Positions 24,595-34,347 of a stretch of 37,741 bases of DNA are shown one piece after another (position 1 is the stretch's first letter; each line of letters begins with the position of its first letter). A program made the translations under genes and the position numbers. Below the pieces are notes generated by a model. That model searched no databases, had not been told where the DNA came from, and saw only the letters and a program-made list of their open reading frames with translations. The DNA is from a virus (Duplodnaviria; Caudoviricetes), in IMG/VR virus record IMGVR_UViG_3300027819_000034, positions 1 through 37,741 of that record; one strand, given 5' to 3'.

Positions 24595-25748
24595 ATTATA
24601 TGTTTTCCATTATTAATTATCTCATAATTATTGACATAATCACAGTAGCGTTGCACGATCACGTCGACGTATTTGCAATCGAGCTCCATTCCATAACATA
24701 TTCTGCCTGTCTTTTCTGCGGCGATGAGGGTAGAGCCAGAGCCGAGGAAGAGGTCTATTATCAAATTTCCTTCCTCACTAAACTTATCTAGGAAGTATTT
24801 ACATAATTCTGTTGGCTTTTGAGTGGGATGGATTCTATTTCTGGTATCTTCCTTTTCCATTCCAAATACTCCTGCCCAAGTTTTTCTTATTATATCTCTC
24901 TTATGCTTTTGTCTACTCCAACATAATTCAAATCCACTCCCCCACATCTTGTCAAAAGTTTCATTGCCTCGTTTATCCCACACAAACATTCCGCCCAACG
25001 GTAATTGCTTTAAAAAATAATCTCCGCCCCAGATAAACACTTCCCCACAATATCCAAAGTCCCTAAAGATATGCTCAATATCATATTCTTTATCGTCTCC
25101 AATGACTTTATCATATTTATTCCCTGACTTTGATTTTAAATGCTTATCTGATACAAAATCAAGTTTTGAGTTCATCTTTGAATAATCTGTATTTAAATCA
25201 ATTCCGTAAGGTGGGTCGCAATAGATCATATCCGCTTTCTTCCCGTCCATAAGCATTTCCACATCCTCTAGCTTCGTACTATCTCCACACAGCACTCTAT
25301 GACTTCCTAGCTCATACAAATCACCAAGTTTTGAAATAGCTGGTACATTCTCCGGAATCACATCGTCCTTCTCGTCCGGTTCAATCAGTAAGTCTTTATC
25401 AAATCCGGTTAAGTCCAATAATTCACTATCAAGTTCTTTTAATTCCTCAATAGCCAAGTCCATATTCCATTCGCTTTCGTTTAACTTATTGTCCGCGAGC
25501 CGGTATGCTTTTATTTCTTTTTCGGTTAAGTTCTCGAGTCGAATATATGGCACTTCTTTCAGTCCTAACTCCTTGGCTGCTAACCATCTACCATGACCAA
25601 CAATGATCTCGTTATTCTTATCAATCACTAGTGGTTGATTAAAACCAAAACGTTTAATCGAAGCGGCGATCTGAGCTATCTGCTTCTTGGGATGCTCTTT
25701 CGCATTCTTTTGATAAGGTTGTATTAAATCAATGTTTATTGTTTCCAT
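24561..25748 (-). CDS. ParB-like domain fused to N6A/N4C DNA methyltransferase
   Basis: PY.KNA..H...SI..FGF..P...GHGR...RLADNK, then DPPY, HPTQKP and DLFLGSGST. Confidence 0.92.
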   Translation of the reverse strand: METINIDLIQPYQKNAKEHPKKQIAQIAASIKRFGFNQPLVIDKNNEIIVGHGRWLAAKELGLKEVPYIRLENLTEKEIKAYRLADNKLNESEWNMDLAIEELKELDSELLDLTGFDKDLLIEPDEKDDVIPENVPAISKLGDLYELGSHRVLCGDSTKLEDVEMLMDGKKADMIYCDPPYGIDLNTDYSKMNSKLDFVSDKHLKSKSGNKYDKVIGDDKEYDIEHIFRDFGYCGEVFIWGGDYFLKQLPLGGMFVWDKRGNETFDKMWGSGFELCWSRQKHKRDIIRKTWAGVFGMEKEDTRNRIHPTQKPTELCKYFLDKFSEEGNLIIDLFLGSGSTLIAAEKTGRICYGMELDCKYVDVIVQRYCDYVNNYEIINNGKHIIWPRIKEEDPQ

Positions 25749-25828
25749 AATTACACTTCTTGCACACCCATTTATGATTCAATAAATAAGTCACTGTGCA
25801 TTCTTCCTTGCATTCTTCACAGGTATAT

Positions 25829-26002
25829 TTACTTTGGGAGATTTCTTTTGCGTTGTCCTCTTTTTGCATAGTATTCATGCAATCTAATGCCATCTGCACG
25901 AGCGGCAGAAGATTCATAACAATATGTTCTTTTACTTATTTCAGAAGTCATACAAAACTTCTTTTGACCTTTTTCAGTTTTTACCGAAAGCGTGTAAGGC
26001 AC
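25829..26002 (-). CDS. Hypothetical basic protein, 57 aa (MPYTLSVKTEKG...), GTG start
   Basis: Starts 1 nt after the upstream stop; read by hand. Confidence 0.55.
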   Translation of the reverse strand: MPYTLSVKTEKGQKKFCMTSEISKRTYCYESSAARADGIRLHEYYAKRGQRKRNLPK

Positions 26003-26003
26003 G

Positions 26004-26132
26004 TTAGTACATTTTCTTTTTCATTTCGACTTTCATCTTTGGCTTCATTTTCTTACTCATCTTCTTATCTTTCTTCATGGGCATATCCTTCTCTTTCATC
26101 ATCATCTGTCGGGCCGCGCTTGAAGTTGGCAT
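26004..26132 (-). CDS. 42-aa Met/Lys-rich peptide
   Basis: MPTSSAARQMMMKEKDMPMKKDKKMSKKMKPKMKVEMKKKMY; AAAT before ATG as in other genes. Confidence 0.6.
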   Translation of the reverse strand: MPTSSAARQMMMKEKDMPMKKDKKMSKKMKPKMKVEMKKKMY

Positions 26133-26139
26133 ATTTGGT

Positions 26140-26166
26140 AGAAAATTCGGAATTTCCGAATTTTCT
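26140..26166. repeat. 27-bp palindrome, core ATTCGGAATTTCCGAAT
   Basis: AGAAAATTCGGAA-T-TTCCGAATTTTCT. Confidence 0.85.
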
Positions 26167-26172
26167 CATAGT

Positions 26173-26364
26173 TTATTTATTATTGACCTTTAATGGGTAA
26201 AGAAAATTCATCACTTGATCCATAAGCGGACATGCACCAACCCAGCTTAAGATTCCACGTTTTGTGCAGATGTCTTTTAATTCAGTCATTTCTTGAGGCA
26301 AACGATGATACCGAGTACAAAACCCTTTCTTATGCAACCACATGAATAGTATTGTTTTAAACAT
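26173..26364 (-). CDS. Hypothetical protein, 63 aa
   Basis: Tightly packed ORF. Confidence 0.6.
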   Translation of the reverse strand: MFKTILFMWLHKKGFCTRYHRLPQEMTELKDICTKRGILSWVGACPLMDQVMNFLYPLKVNNK

Positions 26365-26365
26365 A

Positions 26366-26644
26366 TTATTTTTTATTTAATTCTAACCATAAATTAGCAA
26401 CAGCTTCTTCAGGAATTTTGCCTCTTGCAGTAATCTGATCATCGTCATATCCATAAGCTCGCCAAATCAAATCAATTTCATCTACCTGCGGAACATAACG
26501 AAGCAAACTATGAAATCTATCCCCGCATGCTTCAATCAATTCAGATAGAGTGGGTCTGGCAAGATCAAATTCGTAATCAAAATATCCATCCTGTGGGAAT
26601 CCTGCATCTTTTAATTTTTTAGCTAATTCGTATTCAATTTTCAT
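26366..26644 (-). CDS. Hypothetical phage protein, 92 aa
   Basis: ELAKKLKDAGFPQ...PTLSELIEAC...PEEAVANLWL pattern seen in small phage proteins. Confidence 0.75.
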   Translation of the reverse strand: MKIEYELAKKLKDAGFPQDGYFDYEFDLARPTLSELIEACGDRFHSLLRYVPQVDEIDLIWRAYGYDDDQITARGKIPEEAVANLWLELNKK

Positions 26645-26753
26645 ATATTATTACCGTATTTGAAGAATTTACCTTTGCCCGAAAAATTAAACACAAATGT
26701 ATGACGACCGAAGTCAAAACATAAATTCTTTTGAAACCAGTATATGCGCATAA

Positions 26754-26891
26754 TTAAATTATTATATCTCTTGCAAAACCACATCTAACACACCAACAAT
26801 TTCCATCACACATAATATAGTCTTCCTCAGGATTATGATAATGTTTTTCTATCCATTTATGACACCCTAAAAAACAAAATATCTTATTCAT
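26754..26891 (-). CDS. 45-aa Cys/His protein (DUF1660-like pattern)
   Basis: MNKIFCFLGCHKW...CVRCG; read by hand. Confidence 0.6.
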   Translation of the reverse strand: MNKIFCFLGCHKWIEKHYHNPEEDYIMCDGNCWCVRCGFARDIII

Positions 26892-26904
26892 ATTTTAATT
26901 ATAT

Positions 26905-28647
26905 TTAATCTTTATCTCCCATAAGTACCCTTTCGAAAGCTAAATTACGATCTTCTTCTGCGGAATCTTCTGATGCGCGGATCAGACCCTCCTTTTTTGC
27001 CCAATAATACGCATACTGCTTGATTGCTTTTGCAATATCACTATAACCATCAGCCGGGGATCGATCAGCTTCTTCGGGGATTGAAATGTCACAAGTTATT
27101 GTTGTAGCAGCAATCGAAACACCATGCTCTATTACTAATCTTACCACTTTTGCGGAGTCAATAATATCATCTCCTATCTCCAAATTCCCTCCAGCATTAC
27201 GTTGAATTTGAGCGTAAGGTTCTTTAAGAGCTTCGGTTAGAATGTTTTGAGGTAATGTTTCGGCTATCTCTTTCAAACATAGCCCGCCACCACGAACATA
27301 TCCTTCTTGCAGCGCGGCTTTGCATGAATACACACCATCTTCAACTTTCAATTTCAAGAATAACCCCTCTTTCGATGTTGAAGCTCCAACTCTAATTACT
27401 CCGACAGCCGAGGATAAATTCGCAATACGCTTTTCTAATTGAATTTTTGTAAGATCGTTTTGAGATAATTTCAGCTGTCCTCTCAATGTTTCAATACGAT
27501 CAGCAATCGAATTTACCGCAGTTGGATCAATATAGTCATTCAATGTCACCCCAGCTTTCTTTTCTCCCTTGCCACCCAATAACACCGCATCCTCACGATT
27601 TTCAGTATCTTTGACAACAATCTTTTCAGCAAAACCAAGATCAGCCGTGGTCACGTTAGTCAATGATCCGCCAGTCTCCTTATCAATAACTCGCGCACCA
27701 GTGTACACCGCAAGATCGATCAGTTGTTCGGTTCGTAGCGCCGGACACTTTACCGGATAGCAAAATAAACCATTCTTTGTAGTTTCAATCAATGACTTAA
27801 TAACCATTGCCGAAAATTCAGGTGCAAAAAACGCAATCTTCGGAACTTTCAACTTGTTCAGTATGTCTACAACTTGAAATGGATTATCAAGATTATAGTT
27901 TGTGATAAACACCGCCGTATCTTCAGCGACCATTTCAAATCGCTCAATTTTATTGACGAAAGCCCGATGAGCAACTTTTGCAGGAAACCTCATACCTTTT
28001 ACAATCTCGACTTCAATCTCACCCTTATAGCCTTCGACAATATCAATATGATTGTCTATAAAATTACCTGCTTCATCACGCGCGACATCCCAGACCGCTT
28101 TAGCCACTTGTTTTGCTACACTCTCATCTTCTTTACCGATTGAAACAATAGCTATTTTCTCTAAATCTTCAAGAGTTTTGATGGGCGTTGCCATTTTTTT
28201 AATCTCTGCAATCACTAACTCCTTAGCGTCTTTCATCTCCTTACGAATTGCACGAACACCTTTATGGCTAGATTTTTGACCCACTAAACTTGCCGATGGC
28301 GTTTCTTCATGGGCTAATTCATTGAATACTTTATTGATTAAAAAAGCACCAACACATGCAGTTGTTGAAGTGCCATCACCAACAAGTTCGTTAGTCTTTT
28401 TTGATGCTTCTTTGAAATTTTCCGCAGCCAGCCTTTCGTGCTCATCTCTTGGACGTATATTTTCACTTATTGTATACCCATCGTTCGTAATTCTTGGACC
28501 ACGATTGTATGATCGAGGCAATAAAGCATTTTTCCCTTCCGGTCCCATTGAAAGACAAACTGGAATTGCTACCGCGTTAATACCCTTTAAAATTTTCTTT
28601 CTTGCTGCCGCACCAACTAACAATAATGTATTACTTTCCATTCCCAT
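26905..28647 (-). CDS. groEL: GroEL-like chaperonin
   Basis: MGPEG, ITNDG, GDGTST, EKRIANL..AVGVIRVGA, VEDG and GYVRGGG motifs. Confidence 0.95.
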   Translation of the reverse strand: MGMESNTLLLVGAAARKKILKGINAVAIPVCLSMGPEGKNALLPRSYNRGPRITNDGYTISENIRPRDEHERLAAENFKEASKKTNELVGDGTSTTACVGAFLINKVFNELAHEETPSASLVGQKSSHKGVRAIRKEMKDAKELVIAEIKKMATPIKTLEDLEKIAIVSIGKEDESVAKQVAKAVWDVARDEAGNFIDNHIDIVEGYKGEIEVEIVKGMRFPAKVAHRAFVNKIERFEMVAEDTAVFITNYNLDNPFQVVDILNKLKVPKIAFFAPEFSAMVIKSLIETTKNGLFCYPVKCPALRTEQLIDLAVYTGARVIDKETGGSLTNVTTADLGFAEKIVVKDTENREDAVLLGGKGEKKAGVTLNDYIDPTAVNSIADRIETLRGQLKLSQNDLTKIQLEKRIANLSSAVGVIRVGASTSKEGLFLKLKVEDGVYSCKAALQEGYVRGGGLCLKEIAETLPQNILTEALKEPYAQIQRNAGGNLEIGDDIIDSAKVVRLVIEHGVSIAATTITCDISIPEEADRSPADGYSDIAKAIKQYAYYWAKKEGLIRASEDSAEEDRNLAFERVLMGDKD

Positions 28648-28682
28648 AGTCTTATAATTATATCAGATTTTTGTAATAATTG

Positions 28683-29066
28683 CTACTTTTCTACTACCTC
28701 AATTTCTACATGTTCCTCTTTCCTTGTTTTGACCTTTATAGTTTTGACTACTATTTCACAATGTTCAGGATCATCGTTAGTTATCAAAAGCCCTTTCAAA
28801 CCGTCCACGCAATTTTTGACCGATGCGTATTGATTATCTTGATCGTATGGATGGTTTGCATAGAGTGTGATTGTTACTAAAGCATTTTTCATTGGCGGCT
28901 TATTTCTATTGCCACACATCTTCTCATAACATGCCCAACCTACTGCATCTTTCCACTCCTTTGTCCATTTCGCTTTTTCAGCCCAGTGAAGTTTAACATT
29001 TGGCGAATAAGGCAAACGTCTACACTTATTTTTTGAGATACAAACTAATCCAAGAGAGAATTTCAT
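28683..29066 (-). CDS. RusA-like Holliday junction resolvase
   Basis: SPN...HW, DQDN...K...DGL...I.NDD. Confidence 0.8.
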   Translation of the reverse strand: MKFSLGLVCISKNKCRRLPYSPNVKLHWAEKAKWTKEWKDAVGWACYEKMCGNRNKPPMKNALVTITLYANHPYDQDNQYASVKNCVDGLKGLLITNDDPEHCEIVVKTIKVKTRKEEHVEIEVVEK

Positions 29067-29392
29067 TAGTATAGAATTGTTGAGACTTTTTTCTTGAGAG
29101 CCATAATAGTTTCGCGCATAGTTTCATCGGCATTGCCTAATTTCTTCCATTCTAACCATTCTGGCTCTTGAGTAATTTCCCGATCAACTTGCTTATCGGT
29201 TTTTTCTTTATCGTTTGATTTAATAACACTTTTCAGTTCAAGCCAACGTTTATTCATTAAAATTTCAGCTTCAGTTACACAATTTGATGATGTTAATAAT
29301 GTAGCAGATAACATTACTAAAAAATCAGATAACTGCTTCGGATCATCCAAATTTCCTTTGCGTAATTTTTCTAGTATCTCTTGAGTGTTCAT
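29066..29392 (-). CDS. Helical hypothetical protein, 108 aa
   Basis: Tightly packed ORF. Confidence 0.7.
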   Translation of the reverse strand: MNTQEILEKLRKGNLDDPKQLSDFLVMLSATLLTSSNCVTEAEILMNKRWLELKSVIKSNDKEKTDKQVDREITQEPEWLEWKKLGNADETMRETIMALKKKVSTILY

Positions 29393-29393
29393 A

Positions 29394-29780
29394 TTATTTC
29401 AACAATTCTGGGTTTTCGTAGATATTGCCAACAATTTTTCTTCCGTGTCTATCTATTTCAAAAATGCCATAATCATCATTTCTATTATCTAACCACATAA
29501 ATCTTGAACGCTTATTTTCCCAAATAATTTGTCCTTTTTCTTTTGATCCCTCAAAATCAATTTCTACAATATCCCCCTCATAAATCTCTTTGCTGTTTTT
29601 ATCTAATAGACCAGTGAATTGCATTAAGATTATTTTATCACCATATTCTCCACTATATTCACCTCTCTCATGCATATTCTGAAGAAATTTACCATCTTCA
29701 CTAACAGCGAATCCATCGAATATCCATTTATGCCCCCTATTTGCTTCTGGATCCCAAGCCCTAAATTTAATTTGTCTCAT
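29394..29780 (-). CDS. YopX family protein
   Basis: MRQIKFRAWD...LMQFTGLLDKN.KEIYEGDIV...GNIYENPELL; start moved to 29780. Confidence 0.92.
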   Translation of the reverse strand: MRQIKFRAWDPEANRGHKWIFDGFAVSEDGKFLQNMHERGEYSGEYGDKIILMQFTGLLDKNSKEIYEGDIVEIDFEGSKEKGQIIWENKRSRFMWLDNRNDDYGIFEIDRHGRKIVGNIYENPELLK

Positions 29781-29781
29781 A

Positions 29782-30120
29782 TTAAAATACTTGTACTGGT
29801 AAATTTTGGCGACCAAAGTTTATTGCGGATTTTTTATCGAACATAAAGAGGTCGAAGTGTCGGCAGTCGTATCTGCGCGCCATGCGATCCTCAACTACAT
29901 AAATTTTGCCTAGAATCTTTACTTCATCTCCGAATTTAAGACAGTTGTTTGCAACTGCACCTTCGTATACTTTTTTATTGCTTGCCATAATTTCTGGCGA
30001 GGAATCAGTTTGTGCATGCTCGGCATTGTAGGCACTCACTATCCCGTCAATTATTAGAGGTTCGGGAACTACAGTGAATATATATTGTGCCGCCCATAAA
30101 CTTAATAAGAAGCTGACCAT
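29782..30120 (-). CDS. 3D-domain (lytic transglycosylase-like) exported protein
   Basis: SAYN...QTD..P.I.AS...VEDRM...FDLFM...A..FGRQ; hydrophobic N-terminus; TGGTAAAAT 6 nt upstream. Confidence 0.8.
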   Translation of the reverse strand: MVSFLLSLWAAQYIFTVVPEPLIIDGIVSAYNAEHAQTDSSPEIMASNKKVYEGAVANNCLKFGDEVKILGKIYVVEDRMARRYDCRHFDLFMFDKKSAINFGRQNLPVQVF

Positions 30121-30143
30121 ATTATAATTTTACCATTTTTGTA

Positions 30144-30470
30144 CTATCTCGCAACCTTTTTTATCCCCCACTTTTCATTCAGATATTTCTTTAATTGCGA
30201 CCAGTTTTTACGCGGATATTTTGATAACTCCTCATCAGTAGCACGGTTCAAGCTGATCATTTGATTGACTTCTTTCACGAATTTGTCGCCGAGATGGTGC
30301 GCCCAACATAATGGAACATAATTCCACATTTCGGAAATTTGCCTACCAGCATATATGAAAGAATGTTCTATGGTAATTCGACCATTACAATCCATATTTA
30401 ATCTCGCGCAAACTCGAAAATATGGATCGGAACTTATAATTTCTCTGTGTTTAATCGGTATAGGTCTCAT
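30144..30470 (-). CDS. HNH-like zinc-binding nuclease (Ref/DUF968-like pattern)
   Basis: C.....C......EH...VPLC..HH. Confidence 0.6.
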   Translation of the reverse strand: MRPIPIKHREIISSDPYFRVCARLNMDCNGRITIEHSFIYAGRQISEMWNYVPLCWAHHLGDKFVKEVNQMISLNRATDEELSKYPRKNWSQLKKYLNEKWGIKKVAR

Positions 30471-30479
30471 ATTCTGCTA

Positions 30480-31568
30480 CTAAACAAGCAAATTGCTCGC
30501 CTCCATACATAATTTATCTATCATTTTCTGCTTACAAATTTCACTGCATAATGTATTGGCAGAATATATATTCCAATTTTTCCTATTACGTTGATGGCAA
30601 ACTTTACAAGTTACAGCACCATATTTTTGATATTCGTCTAATAATTTTTTATCGTAACTCATATTTATTTAATTTCTTTAGCTTCGGTGCATTCTCTTTT
30701 TTCTTCAAACATTCCCCATCCTCCACACGAACAGCAACTTTCATATCCACCTGTTCTTATGTGATTAGGGCATACATAAAATTCTTCTTCCATATTTATT
30801 TAATCTCTTTTGACCTAACTTCTGCACATTTTTTACAATAAAAACTTACACTTATAACGTCGTAATGCAACACCTCAAAACTATGCTCACATTCTTTTAT
30901 GGTAAATGTGCTTTTATCTACTAACTTTTCTTTTGTGCAAAGTTGACCTGTAGTGCAACCGTAACATTGACAACTCCATTCTTTTTCCTGATCCTCTTTT
31001 TTGCCCGTATTCCACGAAACATAATTTGATGCAGTTTTTTCAGGTACATAGGTATGTAATTCATCATCTATTGTTTTCTCCTCATTCAGAGGAACACTCT
31101 TGGTCGGGGCATGGTATACTCCCTTTTCTCGTTCATCTTGAGCAAGACAAGGTAATCCACACTTACCGCATTGCCAATTTTGACCATCTACTTCGCTAAC
31201 ACTTATTCCAGCTTTACAACATTTAGATTCCATATTCCTTTTAATTTATTATTTGTTAATGTTTATCTCTGGGGGGGTTAAAATAAACCATATTTATTTG
31301 TTATGCCTTCATTCTTTCTACGACAACTTCCGCACAAAAACATTTCACTTAGAGAATTTATAGCATCTTTCTTTTCCTCTTTTGCGTTTCTAACAAGGTT
31401 GAATAAGTCATTTCGAGCTTCGGTCATCATCACATAGTCGCCTGTTTGAGTGCCTCGGTTATGTTTGTCCATCAGTCGTTCAATTTTCAGTAGTAGCTCT
31501 CTATCTGCCAGCGACCTAGCCTGCTCTATGGTTTCCTTTTTCCAAAATTGTGTTGTTGGGTCTAACAT
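30480..31568 (-). other. Cluster of small Cys-rich hypothetical genes (30480-30662, 30665-30793, 30796-31233, 31278-31568)
   Basis: Abutting ORFs with CxxC pairs. Confidence 0.65.
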
Positions 31569-31574
31569 ATTATT

Positions 31575-31976
31575 TTAGTTAAAAATTACAATCATACTAT
31601 CCATTTGACCAGACTTATATTTCTCATTCTCCACTCCGTTGGCCAAAAAGTTTAGTCTCCCTCTAATAAATCTTATCTCTTTTGCATTAGGCTTTATCCA
31701 GTCGTGGAATAAGGCGGTGCTCGTGGAAACTGGCAAAAGCATAACGCAAAGCTTTCCAAGACGGCTTTCCAAGACGGCTTTCCCTACAAATGCTTCTTTA
31801 AGAGTTCTGCTATATGGTGGGTTTATGAAATTTCTTTGTCCCCACTCTACTGCTAACCCGTTAAAAGTTGCATGCAGTGGACAAGGGTCAAAATCAAAAT
31901 GAAACTCTGCGTCTAATTCCTCATAAAATTTCTGTGGGGTTGCCCAATTATCGTGTTGTACAGACCTGTTTTTCAT
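31575..31976 (-). CDS. Phage Dam-like N6-adenine DNA methyltransferase (short form)
   Basis: W.TP..F...L..EF.F..DPC and F.NPPYS...V.LLP...IRFIRGRL.F. Confidence 0.88.
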   Translation of the reverse strand: MKNRSVQHDNWATPQKFYEELDAEFHFDFDPCPLHATFNGLAVEWGQRNFINPPYSRTLKEAFVGKAVLESRLGKLCVMLLPVSTSTALFHDWIKPNAKEIRFIRGRLNFLANGVENEKYKSGQMDSMIVIFN

Positions 31977-33743
31977 AATTCGTTAGTTATATCATCGAAA
32001 ACTTTTATTGTGTGTTCTCCGATTGTTGTTTCTGCGACCAATGTCTCTCGTATCTCTGTGATAAGTGTTTGTTTTTCTTCTGCCATTTTCTCCAATATCT
32101 TTCCTGACCAATAGTCGTATATTTCGGCAGTACCCTCGTAAGGACTTGCCTCTTTACCGAGATCTATCAGTGTCTGGCTACTTTGAGCATAAGTATCTCT
32201 ATCGGAATAAAAGTTTTTGAGAAGCTGGATTATTTCTTGTTTCATTTGTGGTTCTTAATTATCGTTATAATTTCGTGCCTTGTGTTTTCGCAACCATATC
32301 GTCCTTCGTAGTTGGCTAGCTTCTTAACAAGAGTATCTTTGAATACTTGTTTTGTTACCAACTCCATATTCTCTAGCGTATTCAACAAAAACACTTCTAT
32401 ATCGTGAATATCTTGGTGGTCGTTCGTGTAGTTAGCACGAAAGTTTTTCATTACATTTTCTTTTGCTTCTTGGATGGTCATATCTTTATTTATCAAATAA
32501 TGTTTTAATGTTTTCCAATGTTTTTTCTCGGCAGGAGTTATGGTAACCAGCACATTGACTTAAACATTCATCTATTTTGCATACGCAAGTATTCTTTTCT
32601 TCTGGCACACACCCCTCAATGTCAATTTGTAGTTGCAGGAGATGAGAACGGAGGAAGTCTATCATGTCCTCTTTCCAACTCCCTAAAATTTGATAGGTGT
32701 ATTTTTCCTCAAATTCTTCGAGGATTTTATCTATTTTTGATGAAGTTTTTATCATAGGGTTAATTTTAATGCTTTTTCTACTGCCTCCTTCGTATGACCA
32801 AGTAATTTAGCAGAGCTTTGTATTCCCATCGGCGGAAATTGACTTCTACCCATCTTTATTTCCTTACAATACTTAGCGATAATTTTAGGTATTTTCCTTT
32901 CATAACATCCGCCATTTGATTCAGTAAAACCCGCAATCGCCCAGAATAATAATGCACGCAATTCACTACTTGTAATGGTTATATTTTTCATATTTTTATT
33001 CTTCTTTAGCGTCTTTATAACAATCGGGACACAATACTTCTTTACTTGTTTGCGTTAGCCATTCTTCGCCTTCAAACTCTCTATTACAGCGATTGCAGAG
33101 CATTTTAGATTTCATATTTTTATTTCTATATTCAATACCGACCAGATAACATACGCCAACGAAATGTCTTTCCCGCACTTTTTGCAAACCCAGAACGCTC
33201 TCCCCTTGTGGACAGCATTTTCGTAGTCGCAGTTTTTACATTCTTTGGTCATATTTTTATTATTTCCAACAACTTCTCCATCTTACTTATAATAGCGTCT
33301 CTAACTTGATAGATAGTTCCACCCTGCCATCCTAGTTCTTTACAAAGTTCCGACAACATTTGTTCGTCATCAAGAGCGGCTTTTAATAAACCTTTGGTTT
33401 CTTTATCCCCGTTCTCTAAAGTTTTGGGGGTGCAATATCGCAACCAATGACTGATATGCCAGCCACCAGGCCTATTACAATTTTCTTTATTACATTCTGC
33501 ACAAATTATTTTCATATCTTAGATAAGTTTCGTTTGTGTCGGTTCTTCGACTTTTGCTCTAAACTCTGCATACTTTCCTGATATTCTCCGCTCTATCATG
33601 CCTACTTCAGCAAGTTCACGCGCTCTACGGCCGCCAGATGTTCCTAAAAAGCCCCAGTTAGTATTCACTTTTTCGAGATCATATTCTTTGACCCAATCTT
33701 TACGGTCATCGAGCAACTTGAGGATAATATCTTTGTAAGACAT
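31973..33743 (-). other. nin-like cluster of small hypothetical genes (31973-32245, part of 32242-32553, 32486-32755, 32752-32991, 32996-33115, 33112-33252, 33249-33515, 33519-33743)
   Basis: Abutting or ATGA-overlapping ORFs; several zinc-ribbon patterns; the last looks winged-helix-like. Confidence 0.65.
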
Positions 33744-33744
33744 A

Positions 33745-33909
33745 TTATTCAACTTTTATTTTCCCGTCCTTTATCATTTTTTCAAATGACGCTCTCAAAG
33801 CCATATTCACATAATCAAACATAGACGTATGTGTTGTGGCGGAGACAATTTTTAACATATCCCGCAAGTCAGTATCTACTTGAATTAACGATCTTTTTGT
33901 TTTTGCCAT
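33745..33909 (-). CDS. 54-aa ribbon-helix-helix-like DNA-binding protein
   Basis: MAKTKRSLIQVDTDLRDMLKIVSATTHTSMFDYVNMAL...; read by hand. Confidence 0.6.
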   Translation of the reverse strand: MAKTKRSLIQVDTDLRDMLKIVSATTHTSMFDYVNMALRASFEKMIKDGKIKVE

Positions 33910-33911
33910 AA

Positions 33912-34325
33912 TCATTCAATACTCTTTTCAATCAGTTTGATAATAAGTTGATCTACTTTCCAATGAAGGGAGTCTATTTTCTCCATTAACTCAACACGAA
34001 AGTCTTGCTGACTAGCTGTTTGTTGTGGTTTATCTGCTGGTGGCGAGGTTTTTATGTCTTGAGCAGTGTCTGACACCACCTTTGAACATTTTGATATACG
34101 GTGGTTCGTATAGCTACGTCCATTTTTCTCCGAAGTTGAGGTTGCGTAGATGACTTTCAACTCATCACCAACTTGAGGCAATACTTCAAATACCCATTCC
34201 GCCGCGTCAAACACTTGCCCTTCTTCGTCAATGAGTTTGTAGAAATGCTTTGCCACTCCAGTTTTCGGATCAGTCCACGTTTGAGGAGATTCTTTAATTT
34301 CAGTTACTACAATGTTTTTAGTCAT
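33912..34325 (-). CDS. Putative OB-fold ssDNA-binding protein
   Basis: Beta-rich N-domain ending NGRSYTN.RI; follows the annealing-protein gene. Confidence 0.55.
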   Translation of the reverse strand: MTKNIVVTEIKESPQTWTDPKTGVAKHFYKLIDEEGQVFDAAEWVFEVLPQVGDELKVIYATSTSEKNGRSYTNHRISKCSKVVSDTAQDIKTSPPADKPQQTASQQDFRVELMEKIDSLHWKVDQLIIKLIEKSIE

Positions 34326-34347
34326 ATTTTTAATTTTTTTGCATAAT

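Noticed and set aside
25729-25917. 62-aa ORF as given in the track
   Set aside because: Its 5' half overlaps a better-supported gene (25829-26002); only the Cys-rich 3' part may be real.
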